NCBI GenBank assembly: GCA_047947115.1
Contig: CP170459.1
Location: 4,544,001 to 4,608,000, forward strand
DNA: 64,000 bases
DNA from: Verrucomicrobiota bacterium
Lineage (GTDB): Bacteria; Verrucomicrobiota; Verrucomicrobiia; Limisphaerales; AAA164-E04
Direction of reading: 5' to 3'
The notes under the pieces are model-generated. The model made no database searches and had not been told where the DNA came from. It worked only from the letters and a program-made list of their open reading frames with translations. The translations under genes were made by a program, and so were the position numbers. Positions 10,078-19,634 of this stretch are shown here, one piece after another (position 1 is the first letter of the stretch; each line of letters begins with the position of its first letter).

Positions 10078-10965
10078 ATGGAACCAAGCAAACAACGAAA
10101 AGGCATCATTTTGGCGGGAGGGGCTGGAACTCGACTGCACCCGGCGACCTTGTCCATCTCCAAGCAACTTCTGCCCATTTACGACAAACCCATGATTTAT
10201 TACCCGCTCAGCACGCTGATGCTTGCCGGGATCAGGGACATACTGGTCATTTCAACTCCGAGGGACCTGCCGCATTTCAAACAACTGCTGGGTGACGGAA
10301 ATCAATGGGGTTTAAGTTTTGAATATGCCGAGCAACCTTCCCCTGATGGAATTGCGCAAGCATTCCTAATTGGTGAGTCATTCCTGAACGGCGCTCCCTG
10401 CTCCCTCGTGCTGGGTGACAACATCTTCTACGGACATCAACTCACAAAGGATTTGCTGGAGGCAAACAGTCAACAGGAAGGAGCCACCGTTTTTGCCTAT
10501 CGCGTCAACGATCCCGAAAGATACGGAGTGGTCGAATTTGGGCCAGACAATAAAGCACACAAACTCATTGAAAAACCGAAATCCTACATATCCTCCTACG
10601 CGGTCACCGGCCTTTATTTTTATGACCAAACAGTAGTGGAAAGAACACGTCAATTGAAGCCATCCGCCCGGGGGGAACTCGAAATCACAGATCTCAACAA
10701 CTCCTATCTGGATTCCGGAATCCTGAACGTGCTGGCATTCGGTCGTGGCGCGGCCTGGTTGGATACGGGCACGCACGATTCCTTGCTGGAAGCCGGGCAA
10801 TTTGTCGCCACCATCGAAAAACGTCAGGGCCTCAAAGTAGGGTGCCCCGAGGAAATTGCATGGCGCAAAGGGTGGATCGATGACCAGGCTTTGTTTGCGC
10901 TGACACGACATTATAAAAACAACGCTTACGGCAAGTACCTCCAGACCTTGATGGAGCACAGATAG
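10078..10965 (+). CDS. rfbA: Glucose-1-phosphate thymidylyltransferase
   Basis: [55 protein letters not shown]. Confidence 0.97.
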   Translation: MEPSKQRKGIILAGGAGTRLHPATLSISKQLLPIYDKPMIYYPLSTLMLAGIRDILVISTPRDLPHFKQLLGDGNQWGLSFEYAEQPSPDGIAQAFLIGESFLNGAPCSLVLGDNIFYGHQLTKDLLEANSQQEGATVFAYRVNDPERYGVVEFGPDNKAHKLIEKPKSYISSYAVTGLYFYDQTVVERTRQLKPSARGELEITDLNNSYLDSGILNVLAFGRGAAWLDTGTHDSLLEAGQFVATIEKRQGLKVGCPEEIAWRKGWIDDQALFALTRHYKNNAYGKYLQTLMEHR

Positions 10966-11024
10966 CAACCGCCGCATCCTCTGCTCCTACGATCCAAGAT
11001 CACCCAACCAGGCTCCCACAGATC

Positions 11025-11600
11025 ATGCCATTTGAATTTGTAAAATCCGCCTTGGACGGAGTCGTTTTGATACAACCCAAACGGTTCGGCGATGCTCGAG
11101 GTTCATTCGAGGAATGCTACCATCGAAGGGACTTTGAGGCACAAGGGATCCATGTTGACTTTGTACAGGACAACACTTCCTTTTCGATCAAGGGTACGAT
11201 CCGGGGATTGCATTTCCAAAAGGCGCCGCATGGTCAGGCTAAACTGCTCAAAGTTTTGAACGGTCGCGTTCTGGATGTCGCGGTGGATATTCGTGAGCAT
11301 TCGGCAACTTTCGGTAAGCATATTGCCATTGAGTTAAGTGCCGAATCCGGCAACATGGTTTATATCCCGGAAGGATTTGCACACGGGTTTTCGGTTTTGT
11401 CAGAAACCGCCATCGTACATTACAAGACGAGCAATTATTATCATCCCCAGGCGGAGGGCGGTATTTTTTATCGAGATCCCGAACTGGCCATTGATTGGAA
11501 AACCGATGCACCACTCGTTTCCCCCAAAGACGAGGCATTGCCGTTGCTCAATACGATCAGGATCCAACCCATACAAAAGGATATTCCCACCCAGGCATGA
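11025..11600 (+). CDS. rfbC: dTDP-4-dehydrorhamnose 3,5-epimerase
   Basis: FGDARGSF, FVQDNTS, RGLHFQ, DVAVDIR, GFAHGF. Confidence 0.96.
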   Translation: MPFEFVKSALDGVVLIQPKRFGDARGSFEECYHRRDFEAQGIHVDFVQDNTSFSIKGTIRGLHFQKAPHGQAKLLKVLNGRVLDVAVDIREHSATFGKHIAIELSAESGNMVYIPEGFAHGFSVLSETAIVHYKTSNYYHPQAEGGIFYRDPELAIDWKTDAPLVSPKDEALPLLNTIRIQPIQKDIPTQA

Positions 11601-12454
11601 AGATTGCAGTAACAGGAGCAGGAGGACAGCTTGGCGGGGCTTTTCACGATTATCTGAGCAGGAAAAACTTCAAATTCAGATCCTTTTCACGGGCCGAGTG
11701 GGACATCTGTTCATCACAACAAACAGAGAAATGGCTGAAAAACGACGCGTTTGACCTGCTCATCAATTGCGCTGCCTACACGGACGTCGAGAAAGCTGAA
11801 TCAGACGCTGCGGCCTGTTTCGCTATCAATGCGGAAGGCCCCGGCACATTGGCGCAAGCATGCGCACAAACCAATACCACCCTCGTGCATTTCAGCACGG
11901 ACTATGTCTTTGATGGCAACCAGGGATCAGCTTACCGGGAAGATGATCCCACAAATCCCATCAATGTATACGGGGAAAGCAAACTTCAGGGAGAAACAAT
12001 CATCAGAAAAATCAAGTGCCCCTATTTTATTTTCAGGGTCAGCTGGCTGTTCGGAGGAAAGGGCGCAGGTTTTTTGTCCAAGGTTCGTCAGTGGATGAGA
12101 CAAACAACCTCTCTCCGAATTACCGACGGTGAAATTTCAAGCCCCACGTATTGTCATCACGTTCCGGATGCGGTTTTTCCGGTGATTCAGGGCGCAAAGA
12201 AGGGCTCCACTTTCCACCTGGCCAACCAGGGCTGTTGTTCTCGTTTTGAGTGGGTCAAACATTATCTTGAATCGCTGCCGGACCAAAGCATCCATATTGA
12301 ACGCGCATCCGGTGATGCATTTCAGACGCAGGCAAAAAGACCCAACAACTCTTCTTTGAACATTGAGAAGGTATCGTCATTCCTTCCAAAGCCCATGCCA
12401 AACTGGATGGAAGCCACCACCGAGTATGCATCCTTGGAGCTCTCTCCAGGCTGA
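11597..12454 (+). CDS. rfbD: dTDP-4-dehydrorhamnose reductase
   Basis: VTGAGGQLG, NCAAYTDVE, STDYVFDG, YGESKLQGE. ATG 11597 overlaps the rfbC stop. Confidence 0.95.
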   Translation: MKIAVTGAGGQLGGAFHDYLSRKNFKFRSFSRAEWDICSSQQTEKWLKNDAFDLLINCAAYTDVEKAESDAAACFAINAEGPGTLAQACAQTNTTLVHFSTDYVFDGNQGSAYREDDPTNPINVYGESKLQGETIIRKIKCPYFIFRVSWLFGGKGAGFLSKVRQWMRQTTSLRITDGEISSPTYCHHVPDAVFPVIQGAKKGSTFHLANQGCCSRFEWVKHYLESLPDQSIHIERASGDAFQTQAKRPNNSSLNIEKVSSFLPKPMPNWMEATTEYASLELSPG

Positions 12455-12486
12455 ACCATAGCTTGCAAAAGGAACACCCTCTCAGC

Positions 12487-13515
12487 ATGAAGTTTCACAT
12501 TCTGGAAACATTAAGAAGTGAGATATGTCATTACGCTTCGCCGGAATTGATGATCACTTCCAGGGGGAATCAAGTTTGCGTTCACCGTTCAAATGATTCC
12601 TTTCGTGTTTCACTCCCCTTGCCCGTAAAGCAAAGGTTTCTGGGGACGGCCCGTTTGACTCGCAGATTGTTCAGACTGGACAAATGCAATGTCGTTCCAA
12701 CCCGGAACGGAATGGTCATCATTTATCAAGGCAAAGTTTATCATTATGATTTCTCCAGTCATGCACTGAAGCAGACATTGACGCTGAAAAACTGCCGCAA
12801 TGTGCTCCACCAATCCATCACCGTCATGGATGAGCAGACGGTCCTGTTCGGGGAATACGGCAACATTGCCACCCGAAATGAAGTCCCCGTCTATAAAAGT
12901 CAGGACGGCGGCAGGACTTGGTCAGTTGTTTTCATGTTTCCGGCAGGAAAAATCAGGCACGTGCATGGATGTTACTATGATTCGTTTGAAGAAAAAATCT
13001 GGACGTTAACGGGTGATTTCAAAGGTGAATGTTATGCATTGTGTTCGGATCTGGATTTCAAACAGGTAGAATGGATCGTCAACGGATCACAGGAATACCG
13101 GGCATGCAACTTGTTTTTCAATGAAGATGCCGTGCATTGGGTTATGGATTCCGAATTAGAACGCAGTCATCACAATCGACTTGATCGCAAGACGCGTGTG
13201 ATCAGCCGCAAGCATCCCTTCCCGGGCCCCGTCTGGTATATCAAAGCACTGGAGGATGGTTACCACCTGGCGGCCACTACACAGGAAACCGGGCCGGGCG
13301 TGATCGATGACAAGGCTCATTTGATGGTTTCCCGGAACCTCCAGGATTGGGAAGACGTCTATCACTTTGAAAAGGATTTGTTTCCCAAAAGATACTTCAA
13401 GGCGGGGGTGATTGGTTTTGCAGACAGTCCACAAAGCAGTGATTCGTTTTATCTTTTTGGAGAGGCTCTGCGGGGTCTTGATGGAAAAACGCTCCGGTGC
13501 TTCATATCGAGCTGA
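12487..13515 (+). CDS. Beta-propeller protein with an Asp-box (BNR/sialidase-like fold), function unknown
   Basis: FGEYG..VYKSQDGGRTW Asp-box; RHVHG..YD...IW.LTGD. Confidence 0.6.
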   Translation: MKFHILETLRSEICHYASPELMITSRGNQVCVHRSNDSFRVSLPLPVKQRFLGTARLTRRLFRLDKCNVVPTRNGMVIIYQGKVYHYDFSSHALKQTLTLKNCRNVLHQSITVMDEQTVLFGEYGNIATRNEVPVYKSQDGGRTWSVVFMFPAGKIRHVHGCYYDSFEEKIWTLTGDFKGECYALCSDLDFKQVEWIVNGSQEYRACNLFFNEDAVHWVMDSELERSHHNRLDRKTRVISRKHPFPGPVWYIKALEDGYHLAATTQETGPGVIDDKAHLMVSRNLQDWEDVYHFEKDLFPKRYFKAGVIGFADSPQSSDSFYLFGEALRGLDGKTLRCFISS

Positions 13516-13516
13516 C

Positions 13517-14125
13517 ATGGTTTCTCAAGTGAATCAAACATTGATCCATTCTTTGTGGAAAGATCTTTCTGAAAAGGAATTCGACCACGCAAGCGATTCA
13601 TTCAAATGCCTGGCCCAACTGGAAGAGAGCTTCGCCTTTTACAATCTCGGAGATCCGCCCGGATATTCCATCGATACCAAAAGGACCCACGCGAATTTTT
13701 TGAACACGGTGACACCCAGTTTCAAAAACCTGACGGAAGACATCCTTTTGGAACTTCGACTGAATATTTCTCAGAAACAGGATGCCCCGAAGACTGGCGT
13801 GTGGACTGAGAAATTATTGCGGTTTTCTGAGCTTAACATGTCACGTTTGAAGACTCGATTGAATGAAAAAATCAAGGACCACCTGCGCATTCGGGTTTTC
13901 GGTTTGCAATGGGTATGCCTCTTTCTGGATGAACATTTTCGAACGGGCGATTACCGCTTTCTGAACACCGCCTTGAAGATGCAGGATCTGGGATGGCTTT
14001 ATAGTGATAAAATGTTACCAAACGAAATAAGAAGACATCCCACCCATCACCCTGTCCCCCTGCTGCAGTTCCGCATCTTGCTCAACACGGCATTCGCTTT
14101 GTCCAGAATCAATCAACGTGGCTAA
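13517..14125 (+). CDS. Hypothetical protein of the polysaccharide locus
   Basis: In-operon ORF with ATG 1 nt after the previous stop, overlapping the next gene; contains DYRFLNTALKMQD. Confidence 0.6.
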   Translation: MVSQVNQTLIHSLWKDLSEKEFDHASDSFKCLAQLEESFAFYNLGDPPGYSIDTKRTHANFLNTVTPSFKNLTEDILLELRLNISQKQDAPKTGVWTEKLLRFSELNMSRLKTRLNEKIKDHLRIRVFGLQWVCLFLDEHFRTGDYRFLNTALKMQDLGWLYSDKMLPNEIRRHPTHHPVPLLQFRILLNTAFALSRINQRG

Positions 14126-14918
14126 ACCTTTCAACATCGTCCTGCTTGCCCCCAGTCGTTACAGTCTGATCACGATATGTGTCACCGAACTGCTCAGACG
14201 ATCCGGGGCCAATATCGGCGGAATTTTTGTGCGTCGCCTGTTCAACTCCAATCGATTTGTCTCGGAATTCAGAAGAGACGGCACTCGGTTGTTGCGAAAA
14301 ATCTGGAAGAAACTGATCCTGAGAAAAACGGCCTACACCCGGCAACATCATGAAACCATCAAGGGTTTCATGGAAAAGGAACAGATTGACTATTCGCATC
14401 TGGGTGAATTCAAGCAACGTTTTGACATCCCGGTTCACTACTGCAAAACTTTGAATGATACGGAAGTGGTGCAAGGGCTCAAAGACACTCAACCGGACAT
14501 CGTTGTTTTCACTGGAGGAGGATTGATCCGGGAGGCAACCCTCAACGCATCAGGACACGGGATATTGAATTGTCACATGGGCATCCTGCCGAGATTTCGA
14601 GGCATGGATGTGGTCGAATGGCCCATCCTGGAGAACCGCTTGAATGAAATCGGAGTCACAGTGCATTTCATGGACAAGGGGATCGACACAGGCGACATCC
14701 TTTCCATTCACAAGATCCCCCCCACCGCGAATGAGAGTGTTGCCCAATTGAGAGAGCGGTTTGAACCGATCATGTGCCGTCAACTTGTCCGGACTTGTTT
14801 GGATTTTCTGAATGGCAATCTGGAAAGAAAACCGCAAGCACCGGAAGAAGGGAAACAATATTTCATGATGCACCCCCGATTGCTGGAGGTGGCGAAACGT
14901 TCCCTCTTATCAAGATGA
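14118..14918 (+). CDS. Formyltransferase family protein (probable sugar/polysaccharide N-formyltransferase)
   Basis: LNCHMGILPRFRG, GVTVHFMDKGIDTGDI (Formyl_trans_N motifs). Confidence 0.85.
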   Translation: MAKPFNIVLLAPSRYSLITICVTELLRRSGANIGGIFVRRLFNSNRFVSEFRRDGTRLLRKIWKKLILRKTAYTRQHHETIKGFMEKEQIDYSHLGEFKQRFDIPVHYCKTLNDTEVVQGLKDTQPDIVVFTGGGLIREATLNASGHGILNCHMGILPRFRGMDVVEWPILENRLNEIGVTVHFMDKGIDTGDILSIHKIPPTANESVAQLRERFEPIMCRQLVRTCLDFLNGNLERKPQAPEEGKQYFMMHPRLLEVAKRSLLSR

Positions 14919-14934
14919 CGAGATCGGCGTCTGA

Positions 14935-15972
14935 ATGGCCTCCACTGATTACCTCAAAACTCGTTTGAACACCGGCAAAGAACACAAACCCATGGCAAGA
15001 CATGTCATCATCATTGTTGCTTACAAAGGAGATGAATGGCTTCCGGACTGCATTCAAAGCCTGGTGGAATCTACAAACCAAAAGCTGGATGTCTTGTTGG
15101 TAGACAATGCCTTCAATGAAACCCTCTATCAGGGCAAGCTCGGTCACCACACTCTTCAAGTCGTCAAGACTCCGAAGCCCATGGGGTTTGCCGAAGCCAA
15201 CAATTTTGCGCTACGATACGTTCCTGAAGAGACAAAAACTGTCTGTTTTCTAAATCAGGACACCATCAGCACTTCGGGATGGTTGGATCGTTGCCTTGAA
15301 GTATTGGATCAGAACGACACCATTGGGGCTGTATCCCCCATGTTGCGATCCTATGACGGAAAAGGCTGGGACATGACATTCGTCGATATTCTGAAACAGC
15401 AGCCAGATTTCAGCGATGAATGGCTGAACGTGGATAAGGATTGTCCAGCTTCTCAACAGACAGTCCTGGAACTTCCCGCCACAGCCATGATCGTCAAGTG
15501 GCCTTTGTTGTTGAAATCGGGTCCGTTTGACCCCTTGTTTGGCAGCTATTATGAGGACTTTGATCTGTGCCTGCGCCTGCGTCAATGCGGTGCATCACTG
15601 GCCATCTGTCCCGACGCGTTTGTACAACATTTCTCCGGGTCGGTCTCCCAATCAAAGGATGCCCAACTCCGCAGGGCACGCTGGGTATTGCGCAACAGGG
15701 TGATTTACCGGCTTCGCCAGGGCGGCTCATCCCGTCTGGAACCGTTTATGAAACACTTTGTTCTGGCATTTCCAAGACACTTTCTCCGTGCCTGCATCGG
15801 CAGGAAAGGTTCCAACCCGGTGAGTGCTGTCTCAAAGGCTTTTTTGGATTTAATTCAAATCCTGCCGCGACTCATTTCGGATCAAACGGACAAACAGAAA
15901 TGGCAGGCCTTTCTGGATGAATTCCAGTGGAATCAAACCAAAACAAAACAGGCACCTTCTAAACCATCGTGA
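14935..15972 (+). CDS. Glycosyltransferase family 2 (rhamnosyltransferase-like)
   Basis: LLVDNA, GFAEANN, FLNQD, YYEDFDLCLR. Confidence 0.87.
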   Translation: MASTDYLKTRLNTGKEHKPMARHVIIIVAYKGDEWLPDCIQSLVESTNQKLDVLLVDNAFNETLYQGKLGHHTLQVVKTPKPMGFAEANNFALRYVPEETKTVCFLNQDTISTSGWLDRCLEVLDQNDTIGAVSPMLRSYDGKGWDMTFVDILKQQPDFSDEWLNVDKDCPASQQTVLELPATAMIVKWPLLLKSGPFDPLFGSYYEDFDLCLRLRQCGASLAICPDAFVQHFSGSVSQSKDAQLRRARWVLRNRVIYRLRQGGSSRLEPFMKHFVLAFPRHFLRACIGRKGSNPVSAVSKAFLDLIQILPRLISDQTDKQKWQAFLDEFQWNQTKTKQAPSKPS

Positions 15973-17147
15973 ACATCCTGCACATCAACACTCATTCGAC
16001 CCGTAAAGGTGGAGCGGAAGTTTACCTGTTGGATGTTATCCAACGTTTGACCGCACGCGGGCATGCCTGTCACCTGGCGTATGCGCAAGATCGCCCTGAA
16101 GAACTCTTCTCATCCATTCGTCTGCCTTCCATTGGCAGAACCGGAGACTTTTCACCTGCCGACGACGCGCATCGTTTAAGCGAATTCATCAAAACAAGAG
16201 ATCCGGATTTGATTCATCTGCATGGGCTGTGGAATCTGGAAGTCATCAAACTGTGCCTCTCCATGAAACCCTGCCTGATGACGACACATGACTACAGGTG
16301 GTTGTGTCCGGATTCGAAGTTCTACTGGAAACGTTCCCAAACGGAATGTCCCAGAATCGCGGGATGGAGCTGTGCGGCCATGACATTGACCAAGAAATGC
16401 CTTACCCCGAGACCACTCCAAGCGCTGCGTCATTTGCGTCGAATCAATGGATTCAAAAAGCTACTTCCCCAACTTAAGGCGGTGATCTCCCCAAGCCGGG
16501 CTGCCGCTGCCAGAGTCAAGGCAGAAGGATATCCTGAATCAAACCTGCATGTGCTCCCCTACTACTGCGGCATGCCGAGCGCCAAATCTCCAAGACCTGT
16601 CCCAAAGTCAAAACGGATTTGTTTCATCGGCAGAATTGCCCCTTACAAGGGACTAGAATACTTTCTCAAAGCGCTTGCAGCGTTACCACAGGACGTAGAA
16701 GGTTGGATCATGGGAGATGTCACCGGAGCCAAAGGAAACCAGATCACTCAGGATGCGCAATCCTTGGGATGCGAACAAAAAATCAAATTGATTCCATGGG
16801 GTGACCAGAAAGGCGTCGAAGACGTGTTGAAACAGGTTTCAATATTGGTGTTCCCGTCCATCTGGCCGGAAACACTCGGAATCATCGGTCTGGAAGCCAT
16901 GGCCCAGGGCGTGCCTGTCATCGGCTGTGATATTGGAGGAGTCAGGGATTGGTTGAAACATGAAGAGACCGGTTTCCTGTGTTCTCCCAAATCAGATCGC
17001 CAAATAGCTGAATATGCAACCCGACTTTTTTCGAATGAGTCATTGATGATGAGCATGGGGCAACAATCCATCCATCACATCAGTCAACATTTCCAACCTG
17101 AAACACACCTGGGCAAATTGGTGGAAATATACACTAGCATCCCATAA
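15969..17147 (+). CDS. Glycosyltransferase family 4; last codons replaced by IS insertion
   Basis: KGGAEVY, HDYRWLCP, GRIAPYKG, PSIWPETLGIIGLEAMAQG. The stop codon lies inside the IS terminal repeat. Confidence 0.88.
   Translation: MNILHINTHSTRKGGAEVYLLDVIQRLTARGHACHLAYAQDRPEELFSSIRLPSIGRTGDFSPADDAHRLSEFIKTRDPDLIHLHGLWNLEVIKLCLSMKPCLMTTHDYRWLCPDSKFYWKRSQTECPRIAGWSCAAMTLTKKCLTPRPLQALRHLRRINGFKKLLPQLKAVISPSRAAAARVKAEGYPESNLHVLPYYCGMPSAKSPRPVPKSKRICFIGRIAPYKGLEYFLKALAALPQDVEGWIMGDVTGAKGNQITQDAQSLGCEQKIKLIPWGDQKGVEDVLKQVSILVFPSIWPETLGIIGLEAMAQGVPVIGCDIGGVRDWLKHEETGFLCSPKSDRQIAEYATRLFSNESLMMSMGQQSIHHISQHFQPETHLGKLVEIYTSIP
17123..17131 (+). repeat. Target-site duplication GGAAATATA (left copy)
   Basis: Identical 9-mer at 18580-18588; each copy abuts an IS terminal inverted repeat. 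Confidence 0.85.
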
Positions 17148-18579
17148 GGGAAGATAAAATGGCAAAAAGCACCATATTCCTAAGGTATTTGCCCCTTGCT
17201 ACAATTTTGACATTCTGATTTTTTGACCGGGTTTACTCTTTCCTGGGGATTTTTCTTCCTCTTTGGCTGGTGTGCTGTCCCATAGGATTTCATTCAATCC
17301 CTCAAAATCCTGGGAAATACGCCTGCTCTGGGCGCGCAAGGTTTCTAAAACTTCCGCCTGCTGTCCCACAGAGCATTTTCAAAAATCCGAACAGATCTAT
17401 GCGCGTCCATAACGACGCCCTCACCACTGCAAAGATCCGAGTGAAACTGTGTGTCCAAGCGCTCATCCAGCTCAGAAATCTCAGCAACACGTAAACCAGC
17501 AGCGCCGTCCATACTTGCCACTTGACTGCGTTTGCGGAGTGCCCCAGAAAGTCGGCTAGCTTGAGCGTCTGTTTGATTTGTTTGAAAAACACTTCAATCT
17601 GCCAACGGGCTTTGTAGAGATCACAGACGGTTTGCGCGCTCCACTCTCGGTTGTTGGTTACAAATATCATTTCACGCCATTTGCCATCAACCTCCACCCA
17701 TGCGGTGATTCTTCTGACAACCATTTCATTGTTGAGAACCACCAGTTCGTCTTTGATGATATCCCCGCTGGTTTCCTTTGTGTCGATCACTTCGCACACG
17801 GTTCTTTTCTTCCACCTACCCACCCACTGGACACCGCGTTTATCCAGATCCATCAGATGGTCGAAATCGTTATAAGCCCTGTCAAATATGATGATTTCGC
17901 CATCTTTCAACCCGGCACACAGCTCACGTGCGCGAAGGTTGTCGTTGTGTTTGGCTGTGTCCACAATGGCAAAACGTGGAAGCAAGCTTTCCATATCCAA
18001 ACGCATATGGGTTTTGGCGGCTGCTTTGCGACGCCGATGCTTGGCCCAATCCATACAGTTGGCGACCAGCTCAATGGTGGTGGAATCAATGATATGAATG
18101 TTTCGTTTGAACCGGAAAAGTCCCATGGGAAGTTTACCGCGAGAGAACTGAGGAAAACTGTTTTCCAAATGTTCGAGCACCCGCCAAAAAAGTTTTTCCG
18201 CCATATCAGCCGTGCGGCATTTATTGGCGTGAGAAAGCCCGTTTCGGCTTGGCGGCTTGGCGCCCCTGATTTGTGAAAGCTCACCGGAGTGGATCTGTAG
18301 ACTATCGCAAACGTCATTGAGTCCGATGCTGCGTGAGATTTGAGCAAAGATCATGGAGACGACGTGGCTCCAGGAAGAAAAACTGCGTGCTTTTCCTTCA
18401 GCTCCTGTTTCTCGGGAAATTTTTTTGACCAAATGGCCCGGAATAAGGTTGCAGATTGGCTTGAGAACGGTGAATTTGCTACGGGTTGGTTTTCTTTTTT
18501 TTGATTTCATCCCTGCTGAGTGGCAGGTTTCAAAACAGATTACCAGCCCTTTTTGCTTTCAACCTATGGGATGGCTGTG
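17132..18579 (-). mobile_element. IS4-family insertion sequence, 1448 bp
   Basis: Terminal IRs are CACTAGCATCCCATAAG (17132-) and CACAGCCATCCCATAGG (reverse complement, ending 18579), matching at 13/17. 9-bp TSD and a single transposase. Confidence 0.9.
17302..18510 (-). CDS. IS4-family DDE transposase (DUF4372-like N-terminus)
   Basis: IIDSTTI, IIFDRAY, LYKARWQIEVFFKQIKQ (YREK-like signature). Confidence 0.93.
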   Translation of the reverse strand: MKSKKRKPTRSKFTVLKPICNLIPGHLVKKISRETGAEGKARSFSSWSHVVSMIFAQISRSIGLNDVCDSLQIHSGELSQIRGAKPPSRNGLSHANKCRTADMAEKLFWRVLEHLENSFPQFSRGKLPMGLFRFKRNIHIIDSTTIELVANCMDWAKHRRRKAAAKTHMRLDMESLLPRFAIVDTAKHNDNLRARELCAGLKDGEIIIFDRAYNDFDHLMDLDKRGVQWVGRWKKRTVCEVIDTKETSGDIIKDELVVLNNEMVVRRITAWVEVDGKWREMIFVTNNREWSAQTVCDLYKARWQIEVFFKQIKQTLKLADFLGHSANAVKWQVWTALLVYVLLRFLSWMSAWTHSFTRIFAVVRASLWTRIDLFGFLKMLCGTAGGSFRNLARPEQAYFPGF

Positions 18580-18588
18580 GGAAATATA
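18580..18588 (+). repeat. Target-site duplication GGAAATATA (right copy)
   Basis: Matches 17123-17131. Confidence 0.85.
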
Positions 18589-18612
18589 CGAAAGCTGCCT
18601 CCCGACAAAATC

Positions 18613-19578
18613 ATGAAATATCTTATTACAGGTGGAGCGGGTTTTATAGGATCGCACCTTGCGGAATCGCTACTGAAACAAAATCACGAAGTCACCGTTC
18701 TGGATGACTTTTCAACCGGTTCGCATGACAACATCGCCAACCTGGAAGGTCACCCGCATTTTCAGTTGGTCGTGGGTGATGTGCGGGACCGAAACGGAAC
18801 GAAAGAACTGGTTAAAAACGCGGACAAGGTATTTCACCTCGCCTCTGCGGTGGGGGTGAAACTCATCATCGATCACCCTATAAAAACCATCGAGAACATC
18901 CTGGAAGGAGCATCCTCGATTTTTTCGGCCTGTGCGCGTTACCGTAAACCGGTGCTGACGTCTTCCACTTCCGAAGCCTATGGAAAATCAACCCAACTAC
19001 CATTTTCAGAGGATCAGGATCTGTTGATCGGCGCGCCCAACAAAAAGCGGTGGGCCTATGCCTGCTCCAAGGTCATGGACGAATTCCTCGCATTTGCCTA
19101 TTGGCACGAACAGCGACTCCCGATCATCAACGTCCGACTCTTCAATACCGTGGGACCAAGACAAACGGGCCAGTATGGAATGGTCATCCCAACCCTTGTG
19201 CGACAGGCGCTGAAACAAAATGACCTGACCGTGTTTGGTGATGGTAGTCAAAAACGCTGTTTCTGCCATGTCAAAGACGTTTGCGCCACACTCATCCAAC
19301 TCATTGAAAAACCTTCCGCATTCGGTCAGTTGTTCAACATAGGAAGCGATGAGGAAACAACCATCCTGGGCCTTGCAAAGAAAATCATTGCACTTGCCAA
19401 GAGTCCTTCCACAGTGCGGTTCGTTCCTTATGAGGAAGTTTATGGGGAGGGATTTGATGACATGCAACGACGGGTTCCGGATCTGACAAAGATCAAGGAA
19501 GAGATTGGATTTAAGCCTTCATACAATCTGGACCAAATACTGACAGACGTCATCGGGCACGAAAAGAAGAACGTGTAA
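18613..19578 (+). CDS. NAD-dependent nucleotide-sugar epimerase/dehydratase
   Basis: MKYLITGGAGFIGSHL, STSEAYGK, YACSK, RLFNTVGPRQ. ATG 18613 chosen because the upstream extension lies inside the IS. Confidence 0.92.
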   Translation: MKYLITGGAGFIGSHLAESLLKQNHEVTVLDDFSTGSHDNIANLEGHPHFQLVVGDVRDRNGTKELVKNADKVFHLASAVGVKLIIDHPIKTIENILEGASSIFSACARYRKPVLTSSTSEAYGKSTQLPFSEDQDLLIGAPNKKRWAYACSKVMDEFLAFAYWHEQRLPIINVRLFNTVGPRQTGQYGMVIPTLVRQALKQNDLTVFGDGSQKRCFCHVKDVCATLIQLIEKPSAFGQLFNIGSDEETTILGLAKKIIALAKSPSTVRFVPYEEVYGEGFDDMQRRVPDLTKIKEEIGFKPSYNLDQILTDVIGHEKKNV

Positions 19579-19634
19579 CTTGAATCGACGGAGTATCATC
19601 AATACAACCGCCGTCTCAAACAGTCCTTCGCCAA

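Noticed and set aside
17270..17286. Apparent IS end next to the transposase stop
   Set aside because: It lacks the terminal CAC and has no flanking TSD; the end at 17132 has both.
17578..18276. 232-aa ORF antisense to the transposase, and similar long shadow ORFs (e.g. 57481-58308, 60670-61308)
   Set aside because: Antisense shadows of well-supported genes, with no motifs.
18520..18612. N-terminal extension of the epimerase ORF
   Set aside because: It lies in the IS end and the displaced GT tail. ATG 18613 gives the canonical MKYLITGGAG start.
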